Of a stretch of DNA of 64,000 nucleotides, positions 28,150-40,313 are shown in pieces (positions within the stretch are counted from its first letter, which is position 1; each line of letters opens with the position of its first letter). Origin of the DNA: Camelus ferus (taxonomy: Eukaryota); NCBI RefSeq assembly GCF_009834535.1, contig NC_045704.1:18600001-18664000 (forward strand), given 5' to 3'. The notes under the pieces were generated by a model that was not told where the DNA came from, did no database searches, and saw nothing but the letters and a program-made list of their open reading frames with translations. The translations under genes were made by a program, and so were the position numbers.

Positions 28150-29760
28150 ATGGAAAGGAAGAGACAAAGGAGAGTGAAGCGAGCAAAAGAGTCGCCGAAG
28201 CCCCGAGTCTAGTGTGTCTGGGGCCGGAGGCTCAGGGATCCTGGGAACTTTTGGGCTCTGGCTGGAGCCGAGGGCCAGGGGCAGGGCTGGGAAAAAGCCG
28301 TAGGCGGGAGGCCGCAGGGTCCCAGGGGAGGGCGGAGGAGGCTGGGGGACCGGATGCCAGGGTCCTGCAGACGGCTCCCTCCCCCGCGAACGGCTGCGAG
28401 CTAGGGCGCTGGCCCTGAGTCCTCGACCCTCTCCAGCCAGTCCCTCCGCGATCCGCTCACTGTCCCCATCGCCGCAGCTCCCGCCGAGCGCCTCCCTACA
28501 CCCCTCTAGCCCCCAACTCCCGCCGGCGCCTCCGCTCGCCCCCCGCCGGCACGCCCCCTCATTGTTCAGCTGCAGCGGCGCCGCCCCCTCCCCCAGCCCG
28601 GTGGGGCCCCTCGCCTTCCCCCTCACCTCCCCTGGAGTCTCCAGCCCCGAACCGAGGCAGCCCGGCTCCTATTCGACTCGAGCACGGTCCCCGGGGAGGC
28701 GCAGAGCCGGGGCTCCTGGGTCTCTGCAAGTCAGGGGCGTAAACTTCGAGCTTTTAGGCTCCGAGAACCAGAATCCGGCGTCTTTCGGAGATTGGGGGAC
28801 AGTGGTCCGAATTTCTTTGGTCCTCTAAATGGAAGATGCTGGGAGTCTCGGCTCTTGAGTCTCAGTTGGGGGTGTTGGGGGCCCAAATTCCTGAGTCTTC
28901 TAGATGGGGCAGTGAGGGGACCCGAATTCCTGTGAGTTCCCTAACTCTAGGAACAGGGATTAAACCACTTCCAGGCGGGAGCGCAGGGTGTCCCAAATTC
29001 CAGAGTCCTCTTGAAGTAGTGGGCGCTTCAACCCAAAACGGGCTGATTGAGGCGCTAGGCGTCTGTAACTCAAGTTCCTCCAACCCCGGGAGTCTTGGGC
29101 TCAGCTTTCTGGGAAACCCCAGAGGGAATCTCCAGTCTGGGATCCTAAATTCTTCGAAACCGGGTGCAGGAAGCTCAGCCTCCAGGGTCGCACGGGGCTA
29201 ATGTCCCGGACCCCGGCACCTCCAGGAGGGGGCGCTGGGCACCTGGATATCTGGGGTCCTCTAGCCTGGACGCCGGGGCTTGGGCTTCGGGGTCTCTCAA
29301 GACGCGGTGCAGAGATTCGGGCGGCTGGAGTCTGAGACTCTGGACCCGTCAGGCTCCGGGATGGGTGGCACGGGGCTCAGGCGGCGGCGGCGCCACATCT
29401 ATGGCCGGAAAGTCTGGTCCTAGCTGTGGGGCGGGGGGCGGTCGCCTGGGGCTTCCCCTCCCCCCAGCCGCCCAGGCTCATATCCTGTTCCCGCCCGCGG
29501 GGGGGAGGGGCCGCCTTCCGGCCGGCCAGTCAGTGAAGGGTTAAGACCCCCTCCTCCCCGGATTCTGAATATTCATAAGAAGGCGCGTCCCAGGCAGGCT
29601 ACACCCCCACATTCCTAACGCCTCGCGGACTTTTCCCTTTTACAGCAAGAGCCTTGGAGGCGTGAGAATCCGGAAATGGTGACGTACTTGCTCCTATTAG
29701 CCAACCCGAAGATTCTTTTTGGTATATGCAAGAACAAGGCGGGGCTGGCTCAGCGAGGTC
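28150..29760 (-). promoter_or_regulatory. PLEKHG2: PLEKHG2 CpG-island promoter and 5' non-coding region
   Basis: Dense CpG and GC boxes upstream of the acceptor (before 27959) of the ATG-containing exon. Confidence 0.75.
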
Positions 29761-29810
29761 ACGTGGCCACGAATGACTGAAGGACCCCGCTGCGTAAGGG
29801 TGCGGCCGAA

Positions 29811-29904
29811 GCTCCAGTGGCGCAATCGGTTAGCGCGCGGTACTTATATAGCAGTGCTGAGCGGAGCGATGCCGAGGTTGTGAGTTCGATCCTCACCTGG
29901 AGCA
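29811..29904 (+). tRNA. tRNA-Ile, anticodon TAT (29845-29847), with a 20-nt intron (29849-29868)
   Basis: GCTCCAGTGGCGCAATCGGTTAGCGCGCGGTACTTATA-[tagcagtgctgagcggagcg]-ATGCCGAGGTTGTGAGTTCGATCCTCACCTGGAGCA. Acceptor stem GCTCCAG/CTGGAGC, intact A and B boxes, TTTT terminator at 29906-29909. Confidence 0.97.
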
Positions 29905-30080
29905 ATTTTAACTTTCTATAAATTTCTATGAATCTATACATCTTTTTAATCAACCCAAACAACTACATCGTTTAGAGGAGTGAACATTTCCATTTTCGGG
30001 ATTTTCAAGCTGTAAAGACTGCTGGGTCTGGCGACGATTGGTTACGGAGTGTTTTGTGTGGTGAGGTACCATTTTCCTCT

Positions 30081-30099
30081 TGGCCGCCAGGGGGTGGTA
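30081..30099 (+). promoter_or_regulatory. Candidate CTCF site
   Basis: TGGCCGCCAGGGGGTGGTA closely matches the CTCF core consensus TGGCCACCAGGGGGCGCTA. Confidence 0.6.
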
Positions 30100-30249
30100 T
30101 CGCCTCTTAGATGCCTGGACATTTAATTGACTGCAAATACCAGTTTAAGACTTCTGTAAATGATGTCAGGCTGTAGGTCCTCCGCAAAATGTGTATATGA
30201 TGACACTGCCTCTTTCTCCATCTTTCTCTGTCTTGGATTTTCCCCTCCC

Positions 30250-30410
30250 CCCAGTCTTATTGAGGTAAAATTGCCACGTAACACTGTTAGTCCAAGGTGT
30301 ACATGATTTAAAATTGTATAAATGTAAAATTGTAAAAATGTATAAATTGTGAAATGATTACCACGATATATGTAGTCAACATCAATTACCTCACATAGTT
30401 ACTACTTTTT
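30250..30410 (-). mobile_element. L1 3'-end fragment
   Basis: ttattgaggtaaaattg...gtgtacatgatt...gtgaaatgattaccac...acctcacatagttac is the antisense L1M 3' UTR pattern. Confidence 0.65.
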
Positions 30411-31899
30411 TCCCTGTGTCTTGGAATTTTCTCTTTCCCTCTCCATTTCTGAATCAATTTCTTTTTTTTTCAACAAATCCTGAAATTTATGACCATTAAT
30501 GTGACCGGTTTCTGTTTAGGGTTAGGTGTGAGTAATACAGCAGTGAACAAGACAAATTCCAAGTCCCTGCCCCTGAGGATTTGACATTCTAGTGCAGGGG
30601 GCAGATAACTACAAACGTAAGATCTAAGTACATTTTGTATGTTACGTGATGGTAAACCTCATGGAAAAAGTCGAGCAAGGTAGGGAGGATGGGGGTTGCC
30701 ATAATAGTACTCAGAGACCATCTTACTGAGAAGACATTTGAGCAGAGACCTGAATGAGGAGAGTGAGCCATGGGGGAGTATTCCAGGCAGAGGGAACAGC
30801 CAGTGCAAAGGTCCTGTGACTGAAACATGTCAGACATGTTGGTGAAAGCCAGAGTGACTAGAGCAAGAGTGACCAAAGATGAGAGCCAAGCTGTGTAGGC
30901 TGGTAAAGACTTAGGACTTTGGCTTTTCCGTGATCTGACTCAGGTGTCATGACAGATTTCTTTTGGTTGTCGGGGAGCGGGGGAGAGTGGGGAGGAGACC
31001 GAGGGCAGGGGCCTGAGCCAGGAGACCAGGAAGGGGCTGCCATGATGGTTCAGATGGGAGATGGTGCTGGATAGCATCAGGGTGGGGGCCAGAGGAGGAG
31101 GCAGGAGGGTGGACTGTAGATCTCATTATAAAGTGAATCAGACAGGACTGCTGCTGGATTGGGGTGCGGGTATGAGAAAGTCAAGGGGACTGACTTACAG
31201 GTAGCTGGTGGTAGGTGCCATTTTCTCAAATGAGGATTTGTTTAGAAGAAGCAGAGAATCTGTTTTTGCTAAGGGAAGGACCGGAGATGTGTTTCTTCTT
31301 GTTATTTCAGTGTCTGTAAGTGTCTCTGTGTGGTTTGCACTTCCTCTCTGCACCCCCAATGTCTCTGGATCTCTGGGTTTCTGTTTCTCTTTCCCAACCC
31401 TCTTCCCCAAGTATGGGGACCTGAGCCCTTTCCCACAAGGTGTGGGGGGGGGGGGTCCTGAAAGAGAAGATCAAAGGTCAGGGCCTGCCATTGGGCAAGG
31501 GAAAAGGGCTAATGCAGAGAGGGCAAGGTGTCAGGAGGGGACGGGAGAAGGGAAAGGGACTACAAGGGACGAAAAGCACACTCACAGGTTATAGGGTGGG
31601 GAGGGAGGTGGAACCCAGGAGGTGAGTGGGAGAGGGGGAGAAGGGAAAGGAGGAGGAGAACTAGAAGGGAAGAGAAAGTGGGTAAAGGACAGGGGATGGG
31701 GGTCAGGAATGGAAGGAGATTAAAAACGGGAAGGGGAGAGGCGAGCTGGGGGAGGGGAAGAATTATAAAGAGGGTGGAGGAAGAAGGGGAGGGAAAGGGC
31801 AGCGCAGAAGGGTCCAGCGGGGAGGAACTGAGAGAGGGGAGGAGGGCCAAGAGAGGAAAGTGGGGAGAGAGGAAAAAGAGGGCGAAAGAGACGAGAGGT

Positions 31900-32780
31900 C
31901 GAGGAAGAAGGGGCTGCGGCGGAAGCCGGGCGGGGAGCAGGCGCTGACGCGGGGCGGCTTCCGGGCGCAGGGCGCGCGGCTCCTCCGCCCCAGGGTGGCT
32001 CTCGCCGCCTCTTGCCTTGTATGGTCCGAGGACGCTGTTCTCCCGGGGCCACACCCCGACGCCGCCGAGACCCACATACCCTGGCTCGCGACCGCGACCC
32101 CCGACCCCACCTAGAACGCGGGGCCGCGCTTCCACCGCTCAGAACTGTCGAGAGCCTGCAATCCCGAACTTCTTCGAAGCCCGACAGGGCAAGATTCTGG
32201 AATTCCGAAGTTCTAGGGGCCCAGAAAGCTTGAGGCTACAATTCTGCGATTCCTAAACGTTCTGAGACACCACCTATCTAAGTTCTAAGTCGCCGAGAGT
32301 CTTACTCTGAGATTCCAAAATGTTGAGATTTTACAATCCTGAGGCTTTCACGCTCCCCCCTCCAAGATTCCGAAAGCCTGAATTCCCCGCTCACCACCTC
32401 CAGTCCTGGAAGGCCGGGCGGCGGGACCCCGGCCGCCCCGGCTTCCGGGACAACCCCTCCCCCACGGCCGCGCCGGCTGCCCCCGCCCGCGCTGGGCTCG
32501 CGCCCCGGCACATTCCGTCCTCCCCACTCCACCCCGCCCTCCTCCCTCGGCCCCGTGGGGACGGAAACATCCAGTCCCCGCCCGCGCCTGGCCGAGAGCT
32601 GGGTCAAGGAGCCCATCGGGACAGGAGCGCCGGCCCCCCTACCCCCGCCCTGGGAACTGGCTCTCCCGGTTCCAACCGGGTGACCTCACCTGGCCCCGCC
32701 CTCTCAGGTGAACGGCCGGACCAGGTGACGTCACTTCCTGCCAGGTAAGCAACGCTGGCGGCTGGGCCCCGGGAAGGTTC
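31900..32780. promoter_or_regulatory. CpG island 3' of ZFP36 with an overlapping ETS-CRE motif
   Basis: High CpG density; GTGACGTCACTTCCTG at 32725-32740. Confidence 0.65.
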
Positions 32781-32901
32781 GGAGGAGCTATCCATAGATT
32801 CTACCCCATTTCTTAAAAAAAAGGCCACACCATCCTACCCTCTCCTCTCACAGCCTCTAGACCGCAGGAAAGCCAGGATTCCAGTTTACACACCGATTTC
32901 T

Positions 32902-32907
32902 TTTATT
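32902..32907 (-). terminator. ZFP36: ZFP36 polyadenylation signal AATAAA
   Basis: TTTATT on + at the end of an AT-rich 3' UTR. Confidence 0.8.
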
Positions 32908-33049
32908 TAAAAATTCCAAAAAACACAAAAATAAACTTTTAACAATATATTACTTAATATATTATTATAGTATACTTAATTATTTAATCATTTCCCATAT
33001 TACAAAAAAGAGGAAGAAAAATACAAGGGAAGCAGACGACCCAATATAT

Positions 33050-33097
33050 ATAAATACTATAAAATCTATTAGAATAAATAAAGTCGTCATAAATAAA
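33050..33097 (-). promoter_or_regulatory. ZFP36: AU-rich element cluster in the ZFP36 3' UTR
   Basis: Three UAUUUAU heptamers on the minus strand. TTP autoregulation through its own AREs is established. Confidence 0.85.
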
Positions 33098-33572
33098 GGG
33101 CCTAAAGGCAGGGGCAGGTAGTGGGGAGCACAGGGGGCTGGCAATGGCTTTGGCTACTTGCTTTTGGAGGGAAATTTGAGCACCAGGATTCCCCTTCAGG
33201 GGAGGCTCAGGTCACTGTCTGACACTGGAACCTCAGGATCTAGGAAAAATTGAAAGGGGGCATTGGGAGCCTATTATTCACAGCATTGGGCAAGGGAAAG
33301 GTGGGAGAGTTAGAGGGCTCACTGCCTCCCTCAAATTTGCTACATCTTTTTTTAAGACCCCAGAAAACACTCCTCCCAACACCATGAACACTGAGCTTGC
33401 ACACTGGGGACCTGCCCCAGCGTACGGTCAGGGGAGTGAGTTAATGCACTTTGGTAGGTGGGGGGGAGCTACTTAATTCAGAGTCCCTTGGTTCCCCACA
33501 GCCCTGGAACCCCTAGCATAAGAGAAATGGCCCCCCTCAAGATCCAGCTGATCTGTACTGGGTAGGCATTTG

Positions 33573-35371
33573 TCACTCAGAAACGGAGATACGATTGAAG
33601 ATGGGGAGTCGCCGGGGGGCTGCAGGTGGCTGGGGTGGCCCAAAAACCCCAGCCTCAAAGACAGGCGAGTCAGATCCCCCCAAGCTGCTGCCGCTGCTGG
33701 CATATTCGTCGGGATCAGATCCCAGGGAGTGTGCAGAGGGGCTCCGTGCCAGGCCGCCCAAGGGCCCCCAGACGCTGCTGGGGGTGGCCCTTCGGCAGGA
33801 AGGGCAACAGGCTGGGGTGGGGTCCCTTCGGGCCACAGGGGTCCCAGGGGCAGCAGAGAAAGCAGAGGGTGAAAGTGGAAGGTCCCCAGGTGGTGGTGGT
33901 GGGGAGCTGGAGGGCGAGAAGGAGCATGAGGACAGAGAAGGACCTGCTAGGCCTGCTGGTGGTGGCGAGGGTCGGCGGCCTGAAGGCAGGCCTGAGAAGC
34001 TGATGCTCTGGCGCAGCACGTGGGGGTGGCCGGAGGCAGCCAGGTCCTCGCTGAGGTTGTGGATGAAGTGGCAGCGCGAGCCGTAGGGGCAGCGGCCCTG
34101 GAGGTAGAACTTGTGGCAGAGTTCCGTCTTGTACTTGGGGTGGCGACTGGCCTGGCGCAGCTCTCCCAGGCCATGGGCAAACTGGCACTTGGCTCCATAG
34201 CGGCAGCGCCCGCTCTCAGAGAAGGTCCGACATAGCTCAGTCTTGTAGCGGGATGAGGTGGTGGGGGTCGCAGTAGGTGAGGTGGGCGACAGCTCAGGGC
34301 CTGGGCGGGGAGCCAGGGGTGCGAAGCCTGGGGGTGGGGGCACCCAGCCGCAGCTGCGACCCTCCACCAGGCTGGTGGAGCGGCCAGGCAGCCGGGCAGC
34401 GACCCCAGCCGGGCTGGAGTCAGATGAACTGAGGCTCCAGGGTCCCGAGGAGGCCCAGACCGGGCTGGACTCAGTCTCTCCATGGTCGGATGGCAGGTCA
34501 GGGCTCAGCGACAGGAGGCTCTGTGGGAACAGGGATCGGTTAAGACACCGAAAATGCAGGGTGACGCCCCGCCCCAGCTGCAGGGCACCCAAGAGCTTGC
34601 CAGTCCGGTTTGTGGGCTCCTGACCTGAGCCCCACCCACCCGCAGACACCCGTGGGTTCCGGATCGCAAGAATCCCGATTTGGAGGTTCTGAGTTTATTC
34701 GCGACTGAACTCTATCCCAAGGGATCCAAGGAACCAAGCTCCCACCGCTGGATCAAGAGGGGCCCTTAAGTCAGGGGACACAACTCTTTTCCAGTTTTAA
34801 GCCTCTGGGTCTCTCGGGATCTGATTCCGCACGTCGGGTTCTCCAGTCTCACAACTGGAGGAGCGGACAAAATTAACCTAGGAGTCCCGATCTCTTCTGT
34901 TTTAGAGTTCCCAGAGTCGTCCTCTGGGTCAGGGAGTGGAGAGACAGAATTCGGTTCCCCTGTACCCTGAGACTCCAGCCCCAGAAACGCCTCCGCGCAA
35001 AACCGCGCCCTCAGCAACTACAGGGGTAAGCCAGGTGTGGGGCCATTTCCGCCTCCAGACAGCCCCAATCTGAGAAAAGTCCTTCAGCTTTCCATCTCCG
35101 AGGGCCGTCCCACTCATGTTTTCGCCGAGACCCGAAAGTCACGGGCTCCATTTTCACCTCCAGAGGATGACACTGGTCTTAAAGGGGAGGCAGGGACCCC
35201 GGGCCAGAATGTCAGGCAGGCGTAAAGGAACTTCAGTTTGAGAAGGAAGCCAGGAGTCCCGGGCGGGAGTTTATGGCGCTAGAGAGCCCTAGTTGGAGAA
35301 GGGAGTCAAGCAAGAGGAACCCGAGGTGCCGGTCAGCGGGGGCTCACCTCGTAGATGGCGGTGAGATCCAT
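33573..35371 (-). CDS. ZFP36: Tristetraprolin (tandem CCCH zinc finger), 323 aa. Exons 35371-35348 and 34520-33573
   Basis: MDLTAIYE|SLLSLSPD...[26 protein letters not shown]...[26 protein letters not shown]...[13 protein letters not shown] (C-terminal NOT1-binding motif). TATA-like GATAAAA at 35463-35457 and a GC box at about 35473. Confidence 0.99.
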
Positions 35372-36999
35372 GGCGCGGCGGATGGCCGAAGGCTGAATGG
35401 ACGGCCGAACGTGGGAGCGCTGGAGACAGGCTGCGGCTAGCTGGAAGAGCCGCCGCTTTTATCCAGCCGTTGGGGGCGGGGCCGGGGGGCGGGCCCTGGA
35501 GGGCAGGCCCAGGAGGGCAGGCCCAGGAGGGGCGCTTCCCGGACGCGCGACCCCAGCGCAGCCCGCCAGGTCCCCGCCGGGGCCCGGGCGGAGGAGGACC
35601 CGGCCCGGACTCGCCAGAACCTGGCCCGTTGGCGGTCGCGACCCCTCGGGGAGTGCGTGGGGTGGCGGTGTCGGCTCAGTTTTCAAGGCTCGAGACTGAG
35701 GCGCTCAGAAGGGAACTGGGACGGAGGTGGGGGAAGGGCTCCTGGGGGAATTGACTAGGGCAGAGGCCGAGAGGGCGTGTGCATGAGAGACCGACCGACG
35801 GGGGCGGGGAGAGGCGCAGAGAGAGCTAGAGAGAGAAGTGATGGAACGCAAAGAAAAAACAGGGAGAGACACACAGGGAGACATGCACAGAGAGGGAGAG
35901 ACAGGGTAAGGAGAAGAAGGGAGGTGAGAAGGCATCCTAGAAAAGACGTGATAAGAGACAGTTCCAGAGAGACAAATTCAGAGCGAGAAAGGGGAGGGAG
36001 GGTCACATAAAGAAACAGAAAAAAGAAGACACGGAGAAACAAATATCCATAGAGAATCCGCTGGAGCAAAACGGGGAGAGGAGACCAACAGGCTTGGTGG
36101 AGAATTCTCTCCTGAGACTTGCCAATCTGGTACAGTCTCGCTCTCAGATCCAGAGACCTGGACCGCCCTCCCCTCCCCCACTCACGGGGTTTAGGGGGCT
36201 GGGGTCCCAGATACCTGGCAAGGCTGGAAAGGGGCCTCCTTTCCTATTTCAGGGCAGCTGTGACTTCTCACCCTCACGCAGATAATGGCATTTCTGATCG
36301 CTTCTTCTGGGCTAGGCACTGTTGCATGAAAGTGCTTTACATACATTAACTCAGGGAAGTATTATTATGCCCATTTTATACACGAGGAGACTCAAGCCGA
36401 GAGGCCAAGTTATTCTGCAGTTGGTAAATGGGAGCAGCCTATAATACCAGGGCCTTAAATTATGTTAAGAGTTCACACTCAGAGAAAACTCAAGATTGGA
36501 AAGGGGGAGGTCTTTTATTATGGTGGAGGGTTTCCTTGGTGGAAAGGTGTCTGGAGAGGGAAGAAATGGGTCATCCCCAACTGATGGTCGGATGGATTTC
36601 TTATAAGGAGGTGTGCCTTGAGAGAACTTTAAATTTGCAGAAGTCACTCCCCTTATTTACAGGTCTTTTACTGACAAAGAGTTGCCCTGAGACTTTCTTA
36701 AGATCTGGAGAAAATAACTAATTTTTAAAGAAGGTCTTGGTGAGCTGGTTGCCCTCACGGGGGTAGAAATAAATCATTGCCACAGAGTGCAGTTATAATG
36801 GTTGAAAAGTTCATTCTTGCAAGGCTGCAACTGCAGACTGCGGGCTTGTGTTGAGGTGGGGAGATTCTGCTAGGCATGCGGCTTACTCGTCGGACAGAGC
36901 ACGGGGGAATCCCTGGTGCGGCGCTTTCTGGTGCCGAGGGGCCTTCCCAGCCGGTCCCGTGAGCTGCGGGCGGCTCTGGCACGGTTGCAGCCTCCCTCT

Positions 37000-37120
37000 C
37001 GCCTGTGACTCACTCGCTAGGGGCGGGGGAGGGGGGCTTCCTGGAAGCCGTGACGAGGAGGCTCGGCCCGGACGCCCGGGTTCCTCTCTGTAACCAGGGC
37101 TTCTGTCGCCTGTAAACAGA
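37000..37120. promoter_or_regulatory. Candidate ZFP36 upstream enhancer (AP-1, GAS, CRE-half, FOX)
   Basis: TGACTCA at 37006-37012; TTCCTGGAA at 37038-37046; CGTGACG at about 37049; TGTAAACA at 37111-37118. Confidence 0.55.
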
Positions 37121-37499
37121 GGCTCGAGGACTACGGGAAAAGGGGGAATGGGGAGGTGCCTGGCACCCGCCGCCCGTTTGGGCTCTAAAATCCCTGTGCC
37201 GCTAGCAGGACTAAGGCAGCGGTAAAACCAGAGGGATGGTGGGGCCACCCTGGGGTACCCGGTGTCCAGCTTGGCTCTGGCCGCGATCTTGGAGGAAGGA
37301 TACCAATTTCGATTCCCTGGAGACCAGGAGTATTTCCCATCCTTGAGTCAGGCTTGACCCCCTCCCCTCTCGTATCTGCTGACTCATCGGCCCTAGAGCC
37401 AGAACGCTTCGGATTGGGCGACTCTCGAAGAGGCTGGAGGGGGCTTTGCGCATTGAAGGACTGACCACCCTTCGAAACAATGACGGGGGCGGGGGTCCC

Positions 37500-37712
37500 A
37501 AAAGTCCGGGCCTCAGGCCCTCCTTGCTCTTATCTAGTGGTCGCGGTCTCCAAGCCACCTCCTCGCTCAGACCCAGGAGACCCGGCCCTCAGCCCCTTCC
37601 TTCATCAGACCCGGGAGTCCAGGCCCCTAGCACCACCCCCTGCCCTCAAACCCCGGAGTCCGAGCCCCCAGCCCCCTCCTCCCTCCCATTTCGGAGTCTG
37701 GCTCCCATCCTC
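37500..37712. repeat. MSR1-like ~37-bp minisatellite, about 5 units
   Basis: For example cctcctcgctcagacccaggagacccggccctcagcc (37558-37594), followed by similar units. Confidence 0.7.
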
Positions 37713-40313
37713 CCCACCCCCACCCGTCCAGGCCTCGGGCGTCTCAGCCCAGGAGGAAGTTCAGGGCAGGACTCCACCCCACTCCCCACGTAGCCAGCGG
37801 GAAAATCCGTGCCCGGGCGAAGGCCGGGAATCCCCTCTGGAATGACGGCGGGGAAGGGGATGGCCGGGGTCCCCCGCGGGGCTCTGAGGGGCAGGTCTTA
37901 GGCGGGCCGACCGAGGGGGAAAGGGGCGGAAACCAGAGAGGCTAAAAATACGGCGAGCACTTCCGGCCTGGGGGAGGGGAACGGAGAGCAGAGTTTCCAG
38001 AAAAACAAGCGAGGACGGGAAATGCGGGGGTGTGAGAGCTGGTGCGAGTGCGCGGGCGGGTTGGGGACCGTGTACTCCCTGCACGTGTGCCAGGGCCGTG
38101 TGTCCGCCCGGCACGATTGGCTGTGTGCGCAGCCGCGCGGGCCAAGCAGCGCGTGTACCACACAGTGAACAGTGTGAGCACTGCAGGTGCGAAGTGGAGG
38201 GGGGAGGGCCTTGGCGTGCCTGGGTGTGCAAATAGGGAAGCAGGTGTGGGACACGAGTGCGCCCAGTTTCCTGCATCAAGGCTGTGTCCTTACAACCCGC
38301 CTGACGTGGTTGTGTGAATAAATGAAACCACCAATGCCTGTGTGATTGACCATACCGTGTTTGCTCTAACCGTCCCTGCTGGCGGGAGTGTGTAGTCAGT
38401 CGTAACTGGCTTTGAGGTGGCATCCATGAGAACGTGTGACATACCTACCTGCACATCTGTGTGTAGCTCTGAACCACCGTGAGATCTGAAGTGACTAAGT
38501 GCGTGTAACTCCTGGAGGGAGGCTGGTGAGGGTGACTGTGCGCTTTTGTGTGATGACCTGGGTGCACACAGCTTGTAAGCTGAGGGTGTGTGTAAGCATC
38601 TGTGTGACTGTAGGCAGTGGTGGCTGTGTGCAAGGCATCTGTAGCTCACTGTGAGGTCATCAGGTGTGTGAATAGTGTTCCTGTGTGTCTGTGTCCTTGG
38701 GGTGTAGCTGAAAACACAGGAGGCCAGTGTCTGGGAGAAGTTCCTCTGTGGCTCAGTCACAAGGCAGTGAAACTGGTGAACTTTGGTTCCTGACGTCTAC
38801 AGTGCGCAGATGGGGAGGGCAGCGGGCCCACTCCTGGCTCCATGTTGCTGTTCCTGCCGGCCTCCGTGGGCCGAGCTGTGGCATACACGCGCGCACGCAC
38901 ACGCTTGAACGTGAGAAGCCTTATCTAAACTCAGCCCAGTCTGCTTTTGATAATGTTGAGCTGAGAGCAGGGCTGAGTCAGCCCATGATGGGCAAAGTCT
39001 GCGATGGGGTGAGAGATAGTGGGTTAAGTGGTGGTTAGAGGGTTGTTTGTGTATTCACATGGTTGGATTGTTCCTTTAGAATCTGTTCATGGGACTGTCA
39101 CTGGGATGGAGACTCTGGGGACAGTGATTGGAGGATGGTGGGTTACACTCTCCTGTGCTAGGGGGAGGGGTGTCATGTGTGCCCTGGTCTGTTCTGCCCT
39201 GTGTGGCTGTGGCTTTGCATCTCCCCCCCTTTTCAGAGTGGGTGGTTGCACACCAGGCTGTACAATCTCCCTCTGGGTCTAATGATCAGTAAGAATCTCC
39301 ACTAAGGGCCTCTCCTGTCCCTGCCTCTTCACTGTGGTCCAGGCCTCCACATTATTCCCCAAACACACCAGCACATTTCTGCCTCTGACAGGGCCTCTGC
39401 ACCTTCCTGTCCCCTCTCCCTGGAAAGCTCTTGCCCCTAGAATGTCCACAGGACTTACTCCCTCTCCTTCAAGTTCACTCCAGTACCACCTTCTCAATGA
39501 GGCCTCTGTGACCTAAGCAAAGGATTTTTAAAAGGTTTGAAAATAATCTTGCCATCTATTTAACAAATAATAAATGCATGCAACATCTATTTACAGATCA
39601 TATTAATACACTTGAACCACTACCCAAACTAAGCTCTCCAACTTTCATGTTTTCCAATAAAGTAATGTAAATCTGTGGGCAAATCTTACATTGAGATTTA
39701 TTCCTAAGTACTGTTTTTTTTCCTATTCTCTCTCTCCATTTCTGATCTCACTTCTCTGCTTTATTGCCCTTCTTGGAGCTTCTCACCATCTGACATGCTG
39801 TGTTTTACTTTATCACACTTAACACTCTCTCTCTAGAAGATCACCTCCAGGAAGACAGGGATCTTTGGTTCACTGGGTACAGGGCTTGGCCCAAACTAGA
39901 TGTTCAGCATATATGTATCAAATGAACCCAGCTTCCTGGTGCACAACTTCCACCCTGTGTGTGGCTGTTGAGCTGTGTATCCATCACTCCATTGCCCACA
40001 GGGGTCTCTGTTGCCTCCCTGGGCGTGGTTTTAGGTACTGTTGGGCCCCTATCTTGGCTGCTGGGATGTCATGTCCCCATCTGTGTGTGATGTTGCTGTG
40101 TGGATGCCACCTCACAGAGCCAGCTCTACCTCATCCTGAGTGTGTGTCCCCCGGCTGGAAACCAACAGGCTCTTCTGGGGAAAGAGTGCATTTCCGGCTG
40201 ACCAGAGATAACTGCGTCACGTTAGGTTGAAATCGACTCGGTCCTTGTGTTTATTTGGAGACTAAGTATGGGTAAGGAGGTGGGTATGGGTGCCAAATAG
40301 ACAAGGACAAGGT

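Noticed and set aside
31200-32135. Several 110-190 aa ORFs on both strands
   Set aside because: They come from purine-rich low-complexity and CpG-island DNA; no splice or homology support.
33573-34649. 358-aa ORF as the true ZFP36 start
   Set aside because: The first 43 residues are intron read-through; the real start is exon 1 (MDLTAIYE) at 35371.
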